A stretch of 64,000 nucleotides of DNA from Eledone cirrhosa (Eukaryota). Below the pieces are notes generated by a model. It was not told the origin of the DNA. It did not search any database and saw only the letters and a program-made list of their open reading frames with translations. A program made the position numbers and the translations under genes. The DNA lies in the NCBI GenBank assembly GCA_964016885.1, contig OZ024742.1:185690001-185754000 (forward strand). Reading direction: 5' to 3'. This document shows positions 11,811-23,244 of the stretch, one piece after another (position 1 is the stretch's first letter; each line of letters begins with the position of its first letter).

Positions 11811-12145
11811 AATAATTGTTTCTACTTTTGGCACAAGGCCAGCATTATTCCAGTGTATTACTGGTACTTTATTTTATCGACCCCGTAAGGATGAAAGGCA
11901 AAGTTAACCTCGGCGGGATTTGAACTCAGATCGGAAAGGGACATAACTCTTCGCTGGAAAGCATGGTGTCTGACATTCTACCGATACTGCCAATTCACCG
12001 CATAGTAATTGTTTCTACATTTGGCACAAGGCCAGTGCATTACTGGTACTTTATTTTATCGACCCCGTAAGGATGAAAGGCAAAGTTGACTTCGGCAGGA
12101 ATCAACTTCGCCTTTCATCCTTACGGAGTCGATAAAATAAATAAT
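11811..12145 (-). mobile_element. Two tandem family B SINE copies plus an inverted partial copy
   Basis: aattgtttctac..ttggcacaaggccag...ctggtactttattttatcgaccccgtaaggatgaaaggcaaagtt..cctcggcgggatttgaactcag is repeated. B-box-like gagttcaaatcc on the minus strand. Confidence 0.85.
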
Positions 12146-12192
12146 AATAATAATAATAATCCAGTCAGTAAAAAGAACAAGAATTGTACGTG

Positions 12193-12238
<46 letters not shown>

Positions 12239-12408
12239 TGAATATGTGAGTTGGGTTGTTATGGTTCAGTAAGTATATATATTTTCTTTTATTTATCCTT
12301 ATGTGTGTGCATGGGTGTGTGTGCGCGTATGTGTGCATGTGTATGTGTGTGAAGCACTAACGTAATTCTTTAATGTTTATTGCTTAGGCACGTTCTATTC
12401 CGATCTCT

Positions 12409-12609
12409 ATTAATAATTGTTTCTACTACTTTTGGCACAAGGCCAGCAATTACCCAGTACATTATTGGTACTTTATTTTATCGACCCCGTAAGGATGAAA
12501 GGCAAAGTGAACCTCGGCGGGATTTGAACTCAGACCGTAAAGGAACGTAACTATGCTGGAAAGCATGGCGTCCGACTCTCTACCGATACTGCCAATCCAC
12601 ATTAATAAT
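12409..12609 (-). mobile_element. Full-length family B SINE with candidate TSD attaataat
   Basis: Nearly identical to the 13767-13944 copy. attaataat occurs at 12409-12417 and 12601-12609. Confidence 0.85.
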
Positions 12610-12689
12610 GATACTGCCTTTCGAGTAGAATTTCTTTTATTTCTAGAGTCTGTTATCCCGAGTTTCTTAATCTGAAACAATTGTACAGA

Positions 12690-14400
12690 TTCTTCTTTCT
12701 AGATTCTAGATTAAATGTAATATTTGTCTCCGTATGTTTCGGATTGCTTGAACTGAATAGTAAGTGTTGTTTAGAATCTGTTGGTTTGTGGTAAATTATG
12801 CTTTCAATATGTGTGTCGTTTTTTATGATTAGAATGACCAGGAATGTAATTTAGTTTTGACTCCATTGAGGATTGGATGTTATTATTGAAGTTGTTAATT
12901 AAGGTTTTGAATTCATAACCTTAGTCGAGTGTGTGTGTCCATATAATAAGGTAGTCATCTTAGTAGTGTTTCCAGTTGTCTAGCAAATATTTGTGGAAAC
13001 TTAAGTCATTATTTTAATCTGGATTGTTCATATCTCTGGCCTTCCGGGTATGCCATGACTAAATTAGCGTAAGTCGGTGCAACTTTGCGCCCATCACACT
13101 ACCTGATATTTGTAAGTATGGCTATTGAAATAAAAAAAAAATTGTTTTGTAGAATGTATTTTAGTCCCTCGGTGATGAAACCTTTTTCTATTCTTTTCGG
13201 GGTCGAATTAAGAAATATTTCGAACCAGAAACTATTGCCTTTAGTTCGTATCGGTCTGTGATCGTCATGTGGAGGTTTACTACGTCAAAAAATACAATAT
13301 TAGTGTCTCTGTGGACATGTTAAAACAGGTGGTTTAAGAGGTCCAGGTCATCTCTTATAAGACTTGGTATATATTTTATAATTGGTTTCAGTAATATGTC
13401 TATAATGTTACTGAGTCTGTGTGTTTCACAATTTGGGCCCGAAACTATTGGTCTTAATTTAAGGTCATGGGGGGGGGGGGGGGTAAGTATACAGGTTGTA
13501 GTGGAATCTTTACAAACATCGTTAACCATTTTGCTCTTATAGATTTTCCGGAGTCCGTAAAGATTGCTAGTTTTTCAATTAAAAGGAGTTTAATAGTCAC
13601 ATTCTTCTTTTTTTTTCTTGTTACGCCTTTTTGATGTTGGCAGACGAGCGAGTCTGTTTAGTCTGGTCATTGTGTTTGAATTTTGGTAATTGTTTAAATG
13701 TTCATAATAGATAGTGTCTTGTAAGAGAGAGGATATATAATTGTTATAGTGCTCAACATTCATAATTGTTTCTACTTTAGGCACAAGGCCAGCAATTATC
13801 CAGTGCATTACTGGTACTTTATTTTATCGACCCCGTAAGGATGAAAGGCAAAGTCAACCTCGGCGGGATTTGAACTCAGATCGTAAAGGGACGTAACTAT
13901 GCTGGAAAGCATGGCGTCCGACCCTCTACTGATACTGCCAATCCACATTCATAATGATGACAGTACTTCACTTATACGCTTCCTTAATTATGATGTCATG
14001 ATTGTTCTTCAATTCGTGGATAATTTCCGCTGGTGTTGAATTTAGGTTTAGGGTGTAGTAGTTCATTGTAAGGAAAAGTTGATATGTGGTCACAAAGTTT
14101 GTCCAAGGTTTTATTCCTACCTTTTGTAGGTTTGTAGTTGTTTTATTCCATACAATTAACTCGTCATTGTTTACCTTGTCAACATATTCTTCTGTTAGGT
14201 GTAATTTTCTACAGAAGTGTGAAATATCGTCCTGTATCTCATTGGGGTTTCTATAATAGGTTTGTACCACCGGGTGTCGTGGATTCTGTCGACTTTTTCT
14301 TTTCCTTGATGTTTATGTAACTCTTAACGTTTTCTCTCTTATTGTATGGTCTTTTGTAGTAATTTCGGATATTCTTTGGTGCGGATTGTTTTGTGGGTTG
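12690..14400 (-). mobile_element. Penelope-like element reverse transcriptase pseudogene
   Basis: Fragments in order: ELKNNHDIIIKEAYK (ADKG motif), LKLRPIVSGPNCETHRLSNIIDILLKP...IRDDLDLLNHL, and YLQISGSVMG near 13090-13120. Many frameshifts. Boundaries are approximate. Confidence 0.85.
13756..13955 (-). mobile_element. Family B SINE inserted in the Penelope ORF with an 11-bp TSD
   Basis: acattcataat at 13756-13766 and 13945-13955 brackets the SINE. Confidence 0.9.
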
Positions 14401-15272
14401 CGCTTTCTGTTCATTTGTGTATGATGGGATCTACGGTTTCGGAATAAATCCTTCTTTGAGGCAGGGAGCACATGGGTTCTTTTAGTGGGGTTATTTTGTT
14501 GTCTAAAAGTTCTGGAATTGTCACTATATATTGTCACTGGAATTGTCACGTGTAGGTTTGGCGGTTTGGTAATGGTTTTGTTGGTTGTGAATGTGGTTTG
14601 TGAATTTAACCCGAAACTATAGTAGAAGGCAATTTCCCAAGTGCCTCGTAGCGATGCTGATCCCAAAAATAATTAGTTGTGAATACATTTTTTTACTATC
14701 GACTTTGTTTTTGTTTTCGCCTCCATTTTTAAATTCTGCATTGCAGTGGTAATTTAAAACGATTTAAAGTGAGTTGACTGAAGGTCTCAAATCTCCTCAA
14801 AGCATGATCTAATTCGTTTGACATTTAGTAAAATGCTGAAAACCTATTCTAATTTCATGTGACCCGATATGTAGACGTGAACATTGAAATATTTGTCTTT
14901 GTAGAAATTTAAATGTGGAACAATATATAACAAACCAGACAAATACAGAAACACTGAAGGAGAGCAAAGAGTAGAGACACTAACACACAAACACATGAAC
15001 GATTAAATATTGGACATCCGTCGGTTACGAAGATGAGTGTTCCAATTGTTTGACCTACGGAACAACGAGCTCGTGAAATTAACGTGCAAGTGGCTGAACA
15101 TTCCACAGATATGTGTACCTTTAACGTAATTGAAAGAAAAATTGAACATGATACAAATTTAACAAGGCTAGTCCTTTTGAAATACGTCCATATCAGGATA
15201 CTTCTATAAATGATAGAGTATATAGCCCCCCTATGTAACATATTTTCTTGTGGTCATTAAAATGATATACGT

Positions 15273-15317
15273 ATCTTCTGATGAAAGCCCCAAAACGTTC
15301 GAAAATCGATTCAAGGT
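15273..15317 (+). ncRNA. Minimal type I hammerhead ribozyme motif
   Basis: atctt-CTGATGA-aagccccaaaacgttc-GAAA-atcgat-TC-aaggt has an intact core, palindromic stem III and 5-bp stem I, but a weakened stem II. Confidence 0.7.
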
Positions 15318-15528
15318 TGTTATTATTTTTTTCTTTCAGTTTACGGAGAAGGAGAAGTGTGTAAAATTTGAGGTTTACGCAGTCTCAGTTACCTTTGTAC
15401 TGTATATATATAGCCTGGCCTCTTCCCATCTTCATTGCTGGGGGTCAGGAATCATAGACAATCGCACCAACGCTCATTATATACATTTTTTTTTTAAATC
15501 GTATATTTCGGCTGCTGAACGCATAATT

Positions 15529-16154
15529 GGTTATCTTGTAGTTAAATTTTTTTTTTATGTAATTAAGTAAGAAAGTTATTATTAATTAAATTTTAAATTA
15601 TTTAATTTTTTTCATTTTTTAATCTTTTTTTTTATTTTTATTAAATTTTTTTTTTTAACATAAATTATAATATTCAAAAGTGTCTATTATACATCATAAT
15701 AATGTATCCAATATAGAATATTGCCGAAGATTTTTTTTTAAATAGCATGACGCCAAAGGAACTCCTGAAGGTGAGTGCCGAAAAGTGCTTCGCTTGTTTC
15801 TATCCTGGCACGGAATTTGACTTTGCAAAGCCCCCAGCTGCCTTCCACACGGTTTGTGTAGATTGTGGGGTCCTTGGGGTCCACAAAGTTGTAACGATGG
15901 TTTACAACTGCATGTTGAGGGAGGGCATTTGTATGTCTGCCAGCCATCGGTTACAATGCGAGTACCTGGACGAACGTACTGAGCAATGATGGGTAAAAGG
16001 GTCGCTGCATCTCGTTGGTCCACCGGTACCATGATTGTCACATTGATAATTTAAAATTTAATTAATAATAACTTTCTTAATTACATTTTTAAAAAAAAAC
16101 ATAATTTAAAAAAAATAATAATAATAATTTAACGCGGGCAACTACAAGATAACC
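15529..16154 (-). mobile_element. Internally deleted Merlin (IS1595/IS1016-like DDE) DNA transposon
   Basis: TIRs ggttatcttgtagtt (15529-15543) and aactacaagataacc (16140-16154). Inner perfect 33-bp IR at 15568-15600 and 16047-16079. 8-bp TSD gcataatt/gtataatt. Frameshifted transposase PVDQRDAATLLPIIAQYVRPGTRIVTDGW...HAVVNHRYNFVDP...TNRVEGSW...HLQEFLWR. Confidence 0.92.
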
Positions 16155-16603
16155 GTATAATTTAGTATATATCAAAATCAATTACTGGTATGAACGCTAA
16201 TAAAATGCTAGTCAGTATGTCCATTTCACGATATGTAATAGGGTATATAAGTCTTTCAATAATATATTTCCTTGTGGTTGTGTAGATGCTATACAGATCT
16301 TCTGGTGAGAATCAGATTTAAGATATTTATCATTTTTTTCAAATTACTTAGAACATACGTAAAATATGACGTTTACATGCCTATATACTAGAAATGTGTA
16401 AATTTATATACATATTTACACTGTCGTGGTTTACCAGCTTAGCACATAACTTTATACATATTAAAATTTCCTTTTGATCGCTAATATGTAAATTAGAAGG
16501 TCCATTTCAGGATACTACTATAAGTGATATGGTATATAAGCCCTTCAACTAACTATATTTTTGTCTTTCTTTGTGGTGGGTGATACATATCTTATCTATA
16601 CAT

Positions 16604-16645
16604 ATCTTCTGATGAGAACCTCCAAAAAGTTCAAAGATCGAATTT
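16604..16645 (+). ncRNA. Decayed paralog of the 15273 hammerhead
   Basis: atctt-CTGATGA-gaac/ctccaaaaa/gttc-aaag-atcga has a perfect stem II, but GAAA is mutated. Confidence 0.5.
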
Positions 16646-17415
16646 ATATTCACATTTACGCAGTCTCTGTTACCTCTATAGTGTATATATACAGATATAA
16701 ATTTATCATATACAGCGGTTGCTTAGAACACAGCTTAATGCATATTATTATTGAGAATATAGAATTCTTGTTAACGGTTTCATGTCCCATCACGATTGAC
16801 ATGTGGTAAATATTAATTATTTTATTTTCATTAAAAAAAATAGTTCGCTCGAAAAATCCTATGACTGGGTGTTTTTTTTTTTTTTCGTTCTGATGTAATC
16901 TTACCATTGTCTTCTTAGTATTATGATTATCTTGTAAGTATTTCTATTATCTTGTTAGAAAACTCTTCAGATAATTCTCATTATCTATGCGATAATTTCG
17001 GCTGCTGTGCAAATGGTATTCTTAAAATGGACTGATTTGATTACTCCGGTAAGAAAAAGAACGCTATTTTTACAAGAACACTCTTAAACTTTAAAATAAA
17101 CACGACCATTGCAGGTGTCAGATCAATTAGACTAGAACAACCGGAAGGCATTTATGTAACTATGTCTTGCTTTAATTTCGTTATTCAAGAGCCAACTATT
17201 TCTCAGAAATTTTTACTTTGAAGTTTTGTCTCATAACTAATCTTATCACAACTGTAATCCATTTTATTTCTGGACATAAGAAATGAAACCAATCAGTTAA
17301 TCTTTTCTTCCGGCAATTAGATTTGATTTTGTGTGAACTACACCTCTTCTACAATATTCAGCTGGATAATGATAATAATAATATTTTCTTTTTAAATTTT
17401 CAGGAAAATAACAAG

Positions 17416-17743
17416 ATGTGTTTGGGAATAATAATAACACTGGCTGCCCTAGTTATTGTATATTTTATCTATAAACGGTATCTGAGCACACTTACAGTTA
17501 CAGAATTCAATCGGAAATATGTGTTAATCACTGGTTGTGATACTGGCTTCGGGAATAATTTGGCTAAACAGCTAGATGAACTCGGTTTTCATGTTTTTGC
17601 TGGTTGTCTCACTAAAGAAGGTATATCTGAACTGCACAAATGCTGCACACAACAGCTAGAAGCATTTCTGTTGGATGTTACCAAAACTACAGATATTATA
17701 AAAGCTGAACAATTTGTTAGATCTAAGCTTCCAAAAGATACAG
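17416..17743 (+). CDS. SDR9C-family dehydrogenase (retinol dehydrogenase / 17beta-HSD6-like), coding exon 1
   Basis: Acceptor ttttcag at 17403 and ATG at 17416. Hydrophobic N-terminal anchor and Rossmann motif KYVLITGCDTGFGNNLAKQLDELGFHVFAGCL. Donor g|gtaac, phase 1. Confidence 0.93.
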
Positions 17744-17808
17744 GTAACGGACCTAATAATTTTATCGTTACTTTCAATTCTGATTTTATGATTTCTGCGT
17801 TTAAAATA

Positions 17809-17814
<6 letters not shown>

Positions 17815-17857
<43 letters not shown>

Positions 17858-17866
17858 GTGTGTGTG
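17815..17866. repeat. (GA)n-(TG)n microsatellite
   Basis: Visible run. Confidence 0.9.
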
Positions 17867-17871
17867 TACAT

Positions 17872-18090
17872 GTGAAGGAACGTGGCTTGGTGGTTAGAGT
17901 GGCTCGGCATGTGATTGTAGAATCGTAAGTTCGATTTCTGATGGCGCATTGTGTCCTTGAGCAAGACACTTTATTTCACATTGCTCCAGTCACTTCAGCT
18001 GACAAAAAAGAGTTGTACTTGTAATTTAAAGAACCAGCCGTTTCACACTGAATGTCCCTGGGAATTACGTTTAGAGTACACGCGTCTAAG
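17872..18090 (+). mobile_element. Family A SINE in an SDR intron
   Basis: gtgaaggaacgtggcttggtggttagagtggctcggc...ttgtgtccttgagcaagacactttatttcacattgctccagtc. Confidence 0.85.
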
Positions 18091-18612
18091 GTATGTGTGT
18101 TTGTATTGTGTGTGGTATGTTTAAGTACTCATGTGCATGTGTGTAGTATGTATGTGTGTGTGGTGCGTAAGTGTGTGTGGTATGTATGAGCGTGCTGTAT
18201 GAGTGTGCTGCATGTGTGTGTGTATGTGTATGTGTGCGTGGTATTTGTATATGTGTGTGACTGTGTGTGTGGTATGTGTATGTGTATGTATGAGTGTATG
18301 GCATGCAGTACATATCTAAATGTGTCTGTGTATTTGTCTGTGTATGGCATGTGTCTGTGTATTTGTCTGTGTGGCATGTGTATGTGTGTGGCATGTGTAT
18401 GCGTGTGGAATGTGTATGCGTGTGGTATGTGTATGTGTTTGTGAAGTAGTGTGTGTGTAATATGTGTTTGTGTATGTGTAGTCTATGCTTATGTATTTGT
18501 CTGTGTGTGGCATGTGTATGTGTGTGCCTGAGCGTATGACATATGGTATGTGTGTGTCTGTGTATCTGTATGTGTCAGTGTGTGTGTTTTTTTGTATGTG
18601 TCTGTGTGTGTT
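18090..18612. repeat. Degenerate (TG/TATG)n tract
   Basis: Low-complexity composition. Confidence 0.85.
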
Positions 18613-18643
18613 TGCTGTTAATAATTATCGATCTCTACTTCAG

Positions 18644-18905
18644 GGCTATGGGCTTTGGTTAACAACGCTGGTGTTATGGGTACCTATTTATTCCCTGATT
18701 GTTTAACACGAGAACATTATGAAGAGGTTATGAATGTCAACGTCTATGGAATGATAGATGTCACCACAACCTTCTTACCATTACTGCGCATGGCAAAAGG
18801 AAGAATTGTTAATATATCTAGTATTTTTGGTAAAATTAGCCCTTTCACAGCTATAGCCTACTGCATCTCAAAACATGCCGTAGAAGCTTACTCAAATGGC
18901 CTCAG
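18644..18905 (+). CDS. SDR9C-family dehydrogenase, coding exon 2
   Basis: Acceptor cttcag|gg gives GLWALVNNAG in frame with exon 1. Catalytic NISS...YCISK (YxxxK). Donor ag|gtaaat, phase 2. Confidence 0.95.
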
Positions 18906-19747
18906 GTAAATAATGATTTCTTTATTCACCACAAATGGTTTACAATAAGAAAACATTAGGATGGCACAAGATGAAAATATAGTGTGTGTGTGGGGGGGGT
19001 CGATGTGTGGGTTTTACGTGTAAACAGGTTTAACAATAGTAAAAAGAAAGGTAACATTAATTTTAACAATGGGGAATCCTCAATAGGAAACGTTCGAAAG
19101 CTACTCGTAGATAAAAAAAAACCCATAAAACCACGGGTGTCCTGTCTCAGTTGTCCTCCTACAATCTACAGTTACACTTTCAGAGCGGGTCCATTCACTC
19201 GGACCAGGCTCGCCTCTCTCACCCGCCTTTCAACAAACGGCTTGGAAAGCAGCACTTTCCTCTCTACCTTGATTTTCCTCTTCAAGTGAAACCTGAAAAA
19301 GTAAATCAGAGTTTCGCCGTAGAGGAAAGTGCTACTCTTCAAACCCTTCAGACGTGTTCAGCACACCACCTCTTTCGCCATGACCACCAGCCTGCTATTC
19401 CTGACTAAAGGAAGGCGGCAGGGTGATAGTCGGATTCGTCATACACACGACAGCAGGTTTTCGACATAAATCTACAAGTCAGCAATGCTCGGGCACTGGA
19501 CGGGTGCGTGCAGGGCGGTTTCGTTGCGCTGTGTGCATCTCGGACAGGCTCGGTCTACGGCTCTTCCATGCCTGTAGAGTTTATCCCGGGATTTCTGGAA
19601 ATTGTCCATGGGTCCTGGACCGAAAGTCCACCCGTAAACAGTGGCTAGTTGAATTTCGTCAATGCCCAGAGTTTCCCCAAAAATGCCATTGTTTTTATCC
19701 GCCGCTAACCCGAGTGCTACATGGCTTGAATGAAAACCTGTGCTGTG

Positions 19748-19864
19748 AAAGCTGAGACACTCATCCTCTCAAGGAATCCTGCGCAGGGCAACCTACATGT
19801 AAATGGAGTTCCACTGAAGCAGGTTTATAAGTATGTTGGAGTCGTGCTCATGAGTGATGGAACC
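19748..19864 (+). mobile_element. RTE-like LINE RT fragment
   Basis: Translates KAETLILSRNPAQGNLHVNGVPLKQVYKYVGVVLMSDGT, resembling KTEvm...LeQVe.FKYLG...DG. Confidence 0.6.
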
Positions 19865-20059
19865 TATAACATATTGGGGCTGGTTTAATTGACTCCCCTT
19901 CTCTTCAAATTGCTGGCCTTATGCTAAATTTAGAAACAATTATTATAATTATCTGTATTGTGGTGACTATATTTTCAAATAACAATACATTTTCAAACAA
20001 GAAAAAAACAAAATTCGATGTGTATAATATTTAGAAAGTTTTTTTTTTCCTTTATCCAG

Positions 20060-20223
20060 GTGTGGTTTAAGAGAACAAAATGTATCAGTTCATATAATTC
20101 AACCAGGAGCTTTTGCGACTAATCTGACGGCATTTGAACCACTTAAACAGAAAGCAATCAAAGCTTTTGAGGCTGCTCCCATTCAGGTTCAACAATATTA
20201 CGGCAAAAATTTCTTCGATAACT
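20060..20223 (+). CDS. SDR9C-family dehydrogenase, coding exon 3 (absent from the ORF track)
   Basis: Polypyrimidine tract then ccag|g. Reads (R)CGLREQNVSVHIIQPGAFATNL...PIQVQQYYGKNFFDN. Donor t|gtaagt. 164 nt, phase-compatible with exon 2. Confidence 0.92.
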
Positions 20224-20792
20224 GTAAGTACACTATTCAATTATAATTGATCAAAAAGAAACTTGACGCTGCCAGTTTCTCATTACAACTGAAGCCTGTC
20301 GGCTTCGTCGGTGGTAATAGCAAGCAACCAGACAGGATGACTCTTTTCTTGTTCGAGGAGGGTACATCTCTAATCGGGGACGCTACATGCTGTAACATAT
20401 TGCTTCAGCCATAAACCAGGCCCATAAAACAGAGGAGTGAACGATTTCCAAATAACGGGACTTGAACGATTGCTTCCTCGTCGTGCTGGTCGATTTTAAG
20501 ATATGACATCAGTCCCCGAACTGCCATTTTCTGTTGCATCCCACCTGAGGAAGGAGCCCTTGGATGTGGAGCGAATTATGCAGCAGATGTCACTAGGAGT
20601 TATTTGTGGAAATACTTTCGTTATTTTGTCTACGGGGCGAGGTGAGATATGCCACTCACATTGGGCAGTATCTACTGCTTCCTCGAGGCCTTCTCTTATT
20701 TTAATTTTCTTTTTCAAACATTATATTATTCAATTGAAATTTGTTTAACAAAGTTCTTTTGATTCGTTAAAATAATTCATACATAAATCTTT

Positions 20793-21420
20793 GTGAAGGC
20801 AAGTGGCTTAGCTATTAGACTGTTTAGCTCAGGATTGTGAATGCGTATTATATCCTTGAGCAAGACATTTTTATTTCATGTTACTCTAGTCCATTCAGCT
20901 GCAAAAATATTTACTTGCTCCAGTAATTCAATGGACCAGCCTTGTCACTCATTGTGTCACACTGAATCTTCCTGAAAAATATTATATATCTGGATATGTT
21001 CAGTAGTAAATATGGCATCAAGACACTGTATATAAAAACAAGGTGTTTACATGTGTCGATACATGCAGCGTGCATATAGTATAGATATAGTATGTAGTGT
21101 GAAAGCATGTGGCTTAATGGTTAGGATGTTTGGCTTACAACTGTAAAAATGTTCGATTCCTGGTGATGTGTTGTATCCTTGAGTAAGACACTTTATTCCA
21201 CGATGCTCTAGTCAACTCAGATGGAAAAAATTAGTTGCACCTCTAATTCAATAGACCAGCTTTTGTGTCATGCTGAACCTTCCTGAGAACTGCGCTAAGA
21301 GTACACGTGTCTGTGGAGTGCTTATCGACTTGCGCATTAATTTCATGAGCAGGCTGTTTCATTGTGTAATCAAATGGAACACCCATAGTCGAAACTGACG
21401 GATGTTCAACAACAACAATA
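20793..21420 (+). mobile_element. Two family A SINE copies (~20793-20975 and ~21098-21420)
   Basis: gtgaaggcaagtggcttag and gtgaaagcatgtggcttaatggttagg heads. Shared tccttgag.aagaca.ttt core. Confidence 0.8.
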
Positions 21421-21916
21421 GAAATATATAGTGCATCAAGAATTGTTTTATATAGAATGCTCTTTTGGGGGACAGTTTTGATTTAGCTGTCAGCGAATAC
21501 TTAGAGAGAAAGTCTACTAAATTGGTATAATCTTTTAAAACATTCTTATCATCCACGTTAACAGTTTGTGATAAGTGAGATCAAAAAGTCCACATGAATT
21601 ATATGTGAACCATTTTTAGCATATAATATTTTAACCTTTAATGGCCTTCATTCAAAATATTCTTCATCGATTGGTGATTCAACCTTAGTTTTGAACAGAT
21701 TATCATTTGGAGAAACCCAGTATATAACATATATAGATACTGACATAAATTACAGAAGCTTTCTTCTTCTTAAGGGATAATAATAATTATTCACATGACT
21801 TTTTCCTTTAAAAACTCGGTGAATAAAGATAAAGTACCAGTCAAATACTAGGATGTACCTTTTTCATTATTTCATTCTATCTAAACTACACCTCTTTCAT
21901 TATTTCATTCAATCAA

Positions 21917-22212
21917 TGTATATGTGTGTGTATGTATCCATGTATATATGTATATATGGGTGTGTATGTATCCATGTATATCTGTATATGTATGTGTATG
22001 TATCCATGTATATCTGTATATGTGTGTGTGTGTATGTATCCTTGTATATCTGTATATGTGTGTGTATGTATTTTTACGTATCCCTCTTATCCTCCGATAT
22101 AATCAATTTTCTTAATTAAGGAAGCATTTAACAAATTTATTATACACACGCACGCACACACACTCATACATACATGCATACATACATACATACAAACATA
22201 CATACATACATA
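21917..22212. repeat. (TATG)/(TG) microsatellites followed by (CATA)n
   Basis: Visible runs. Confidence 0.85.
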
Positions 22213-22244
22213 AAATGCAGGCATAACAGCCCCCCCCCCCCCCA

Positions 22245-22600
22245 ATGAAATGTCGACCAGACCCATAATAACATGAGACAGGGGAAAGAAGACATGCACA
22301 GTAGTGGAAGTTAGCTGCCCAGCAGATGCCAATATAATATCAAAGGTTAGAAGAAAGGAGAATATCTATGCATAACTAATGAGAAATCTGCAGATGCTCC
22401 ACCCTGACTATACCTTCAGATTGATACCTGTGATTATTGGGGCACTGGGATATGTTACTAACTGCCTCAGTACAAATCTTGAGAAGCTAGGCTTCACAGA
22501 AACAGAAAGAACACAACTAGTTGGGAAATTACAAGTACAATCTATTAATGGAACAGTAAAAATCTGTAAAATATTCCAAAAATTCTGCATCTAATAGCTG
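22245..22600 (+). mobile_element. 3' end of an RLE-type non-LTR retrotransposon (restriction-like endonuclease domain)
   Basis: RPD...CTVVEVSCPADANIISK...KENIYA*LMRNLQMLHPDYTFRLIPVIIGALG matches the PD..(D/E)..K..Y..L...P.IIGALG RLE pattern. In-frame stop. Confidence 0.85.
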
Positions 22601-22852
22601 CATGTACACATTGCAGATACAAAGTGTATGAACATGCACACATACAACTCAAAACATACACATCCACACATACAATAACATCCATATCTACACATGCATG
22701 CATGCAGTCATGCATACATATCTACCTAGTTGATGTTGTGTAAATTCCAATGAGAGAGTCTTGTGTCTATGTTAGAAACCGACTCTCTCTCTATCTCTCT
22801 CTCTATTGGGAAAAAATTTGTGAAATTATAAAACCAGAAGAATATACATACA

Positions 22853-22884
<32 letters not shown>

Positions 22885-23244
22885 AACATACATGATGACT
22901 GCCCCCTCGTTATCGAGTATGGCCATTGCATGATATACCATTATTAATAATTATTAATTAATTCTATCGTGCATTGCCTGTGCGTGAAGATATATTTTAA
23001 AGTGAGGAAAGACAGTGCACTGAGCCAATCCCACTCTCTGAGCGACAGTAGCTATAACCCTAAAAGAAGAAAAGATCAACATACATACATACATACAAAC
23101 ATAAATATATAGTTACTATATAAGAGAATTCTCGACTTTTTGGAAATGTTGTGCTACCTTTTTAATGAAATTGATTTGGTGACCCTGAACCATTTTACAA
23201 TACAGCTCACTTATTTAAGAGATGCAGTTACATTTACAACATCT

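Larger units (their letters stand above)
15185..16690 (+). repeat. Three diverged direct repeats carrying the hammerhead motif (~15185-15410, ~16218-16390, ~16499-16690)
   Basis: Shared blocks gtccat.tca.gata, gtatata(a)g, tt.cttgtggt, tatac..atcttctg.tga. Copies 1 and 3 also share tttacgcagtctc.gttacct.t.ta.tgtatatata. Confidence 0.75.

Noticed and set aside
15694-16041. Bacterial IS1595 contamination or horizontal transfer
   Set aside because: It is embedded in eukaryotic repeats with TIRs and a TSD, consistent with native Merlin.
16925-16976. Minus-strand CTGAAGA...GAAA possible hammerhead
   Set aside because: No convincing stem II or III and no UH cleavage site before stem I.
21690-21730. 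Candidate final SDR exon after aacag
   Set aside because: The phase-compatible frame stops within about 9 codons and shows no SDR similarity.
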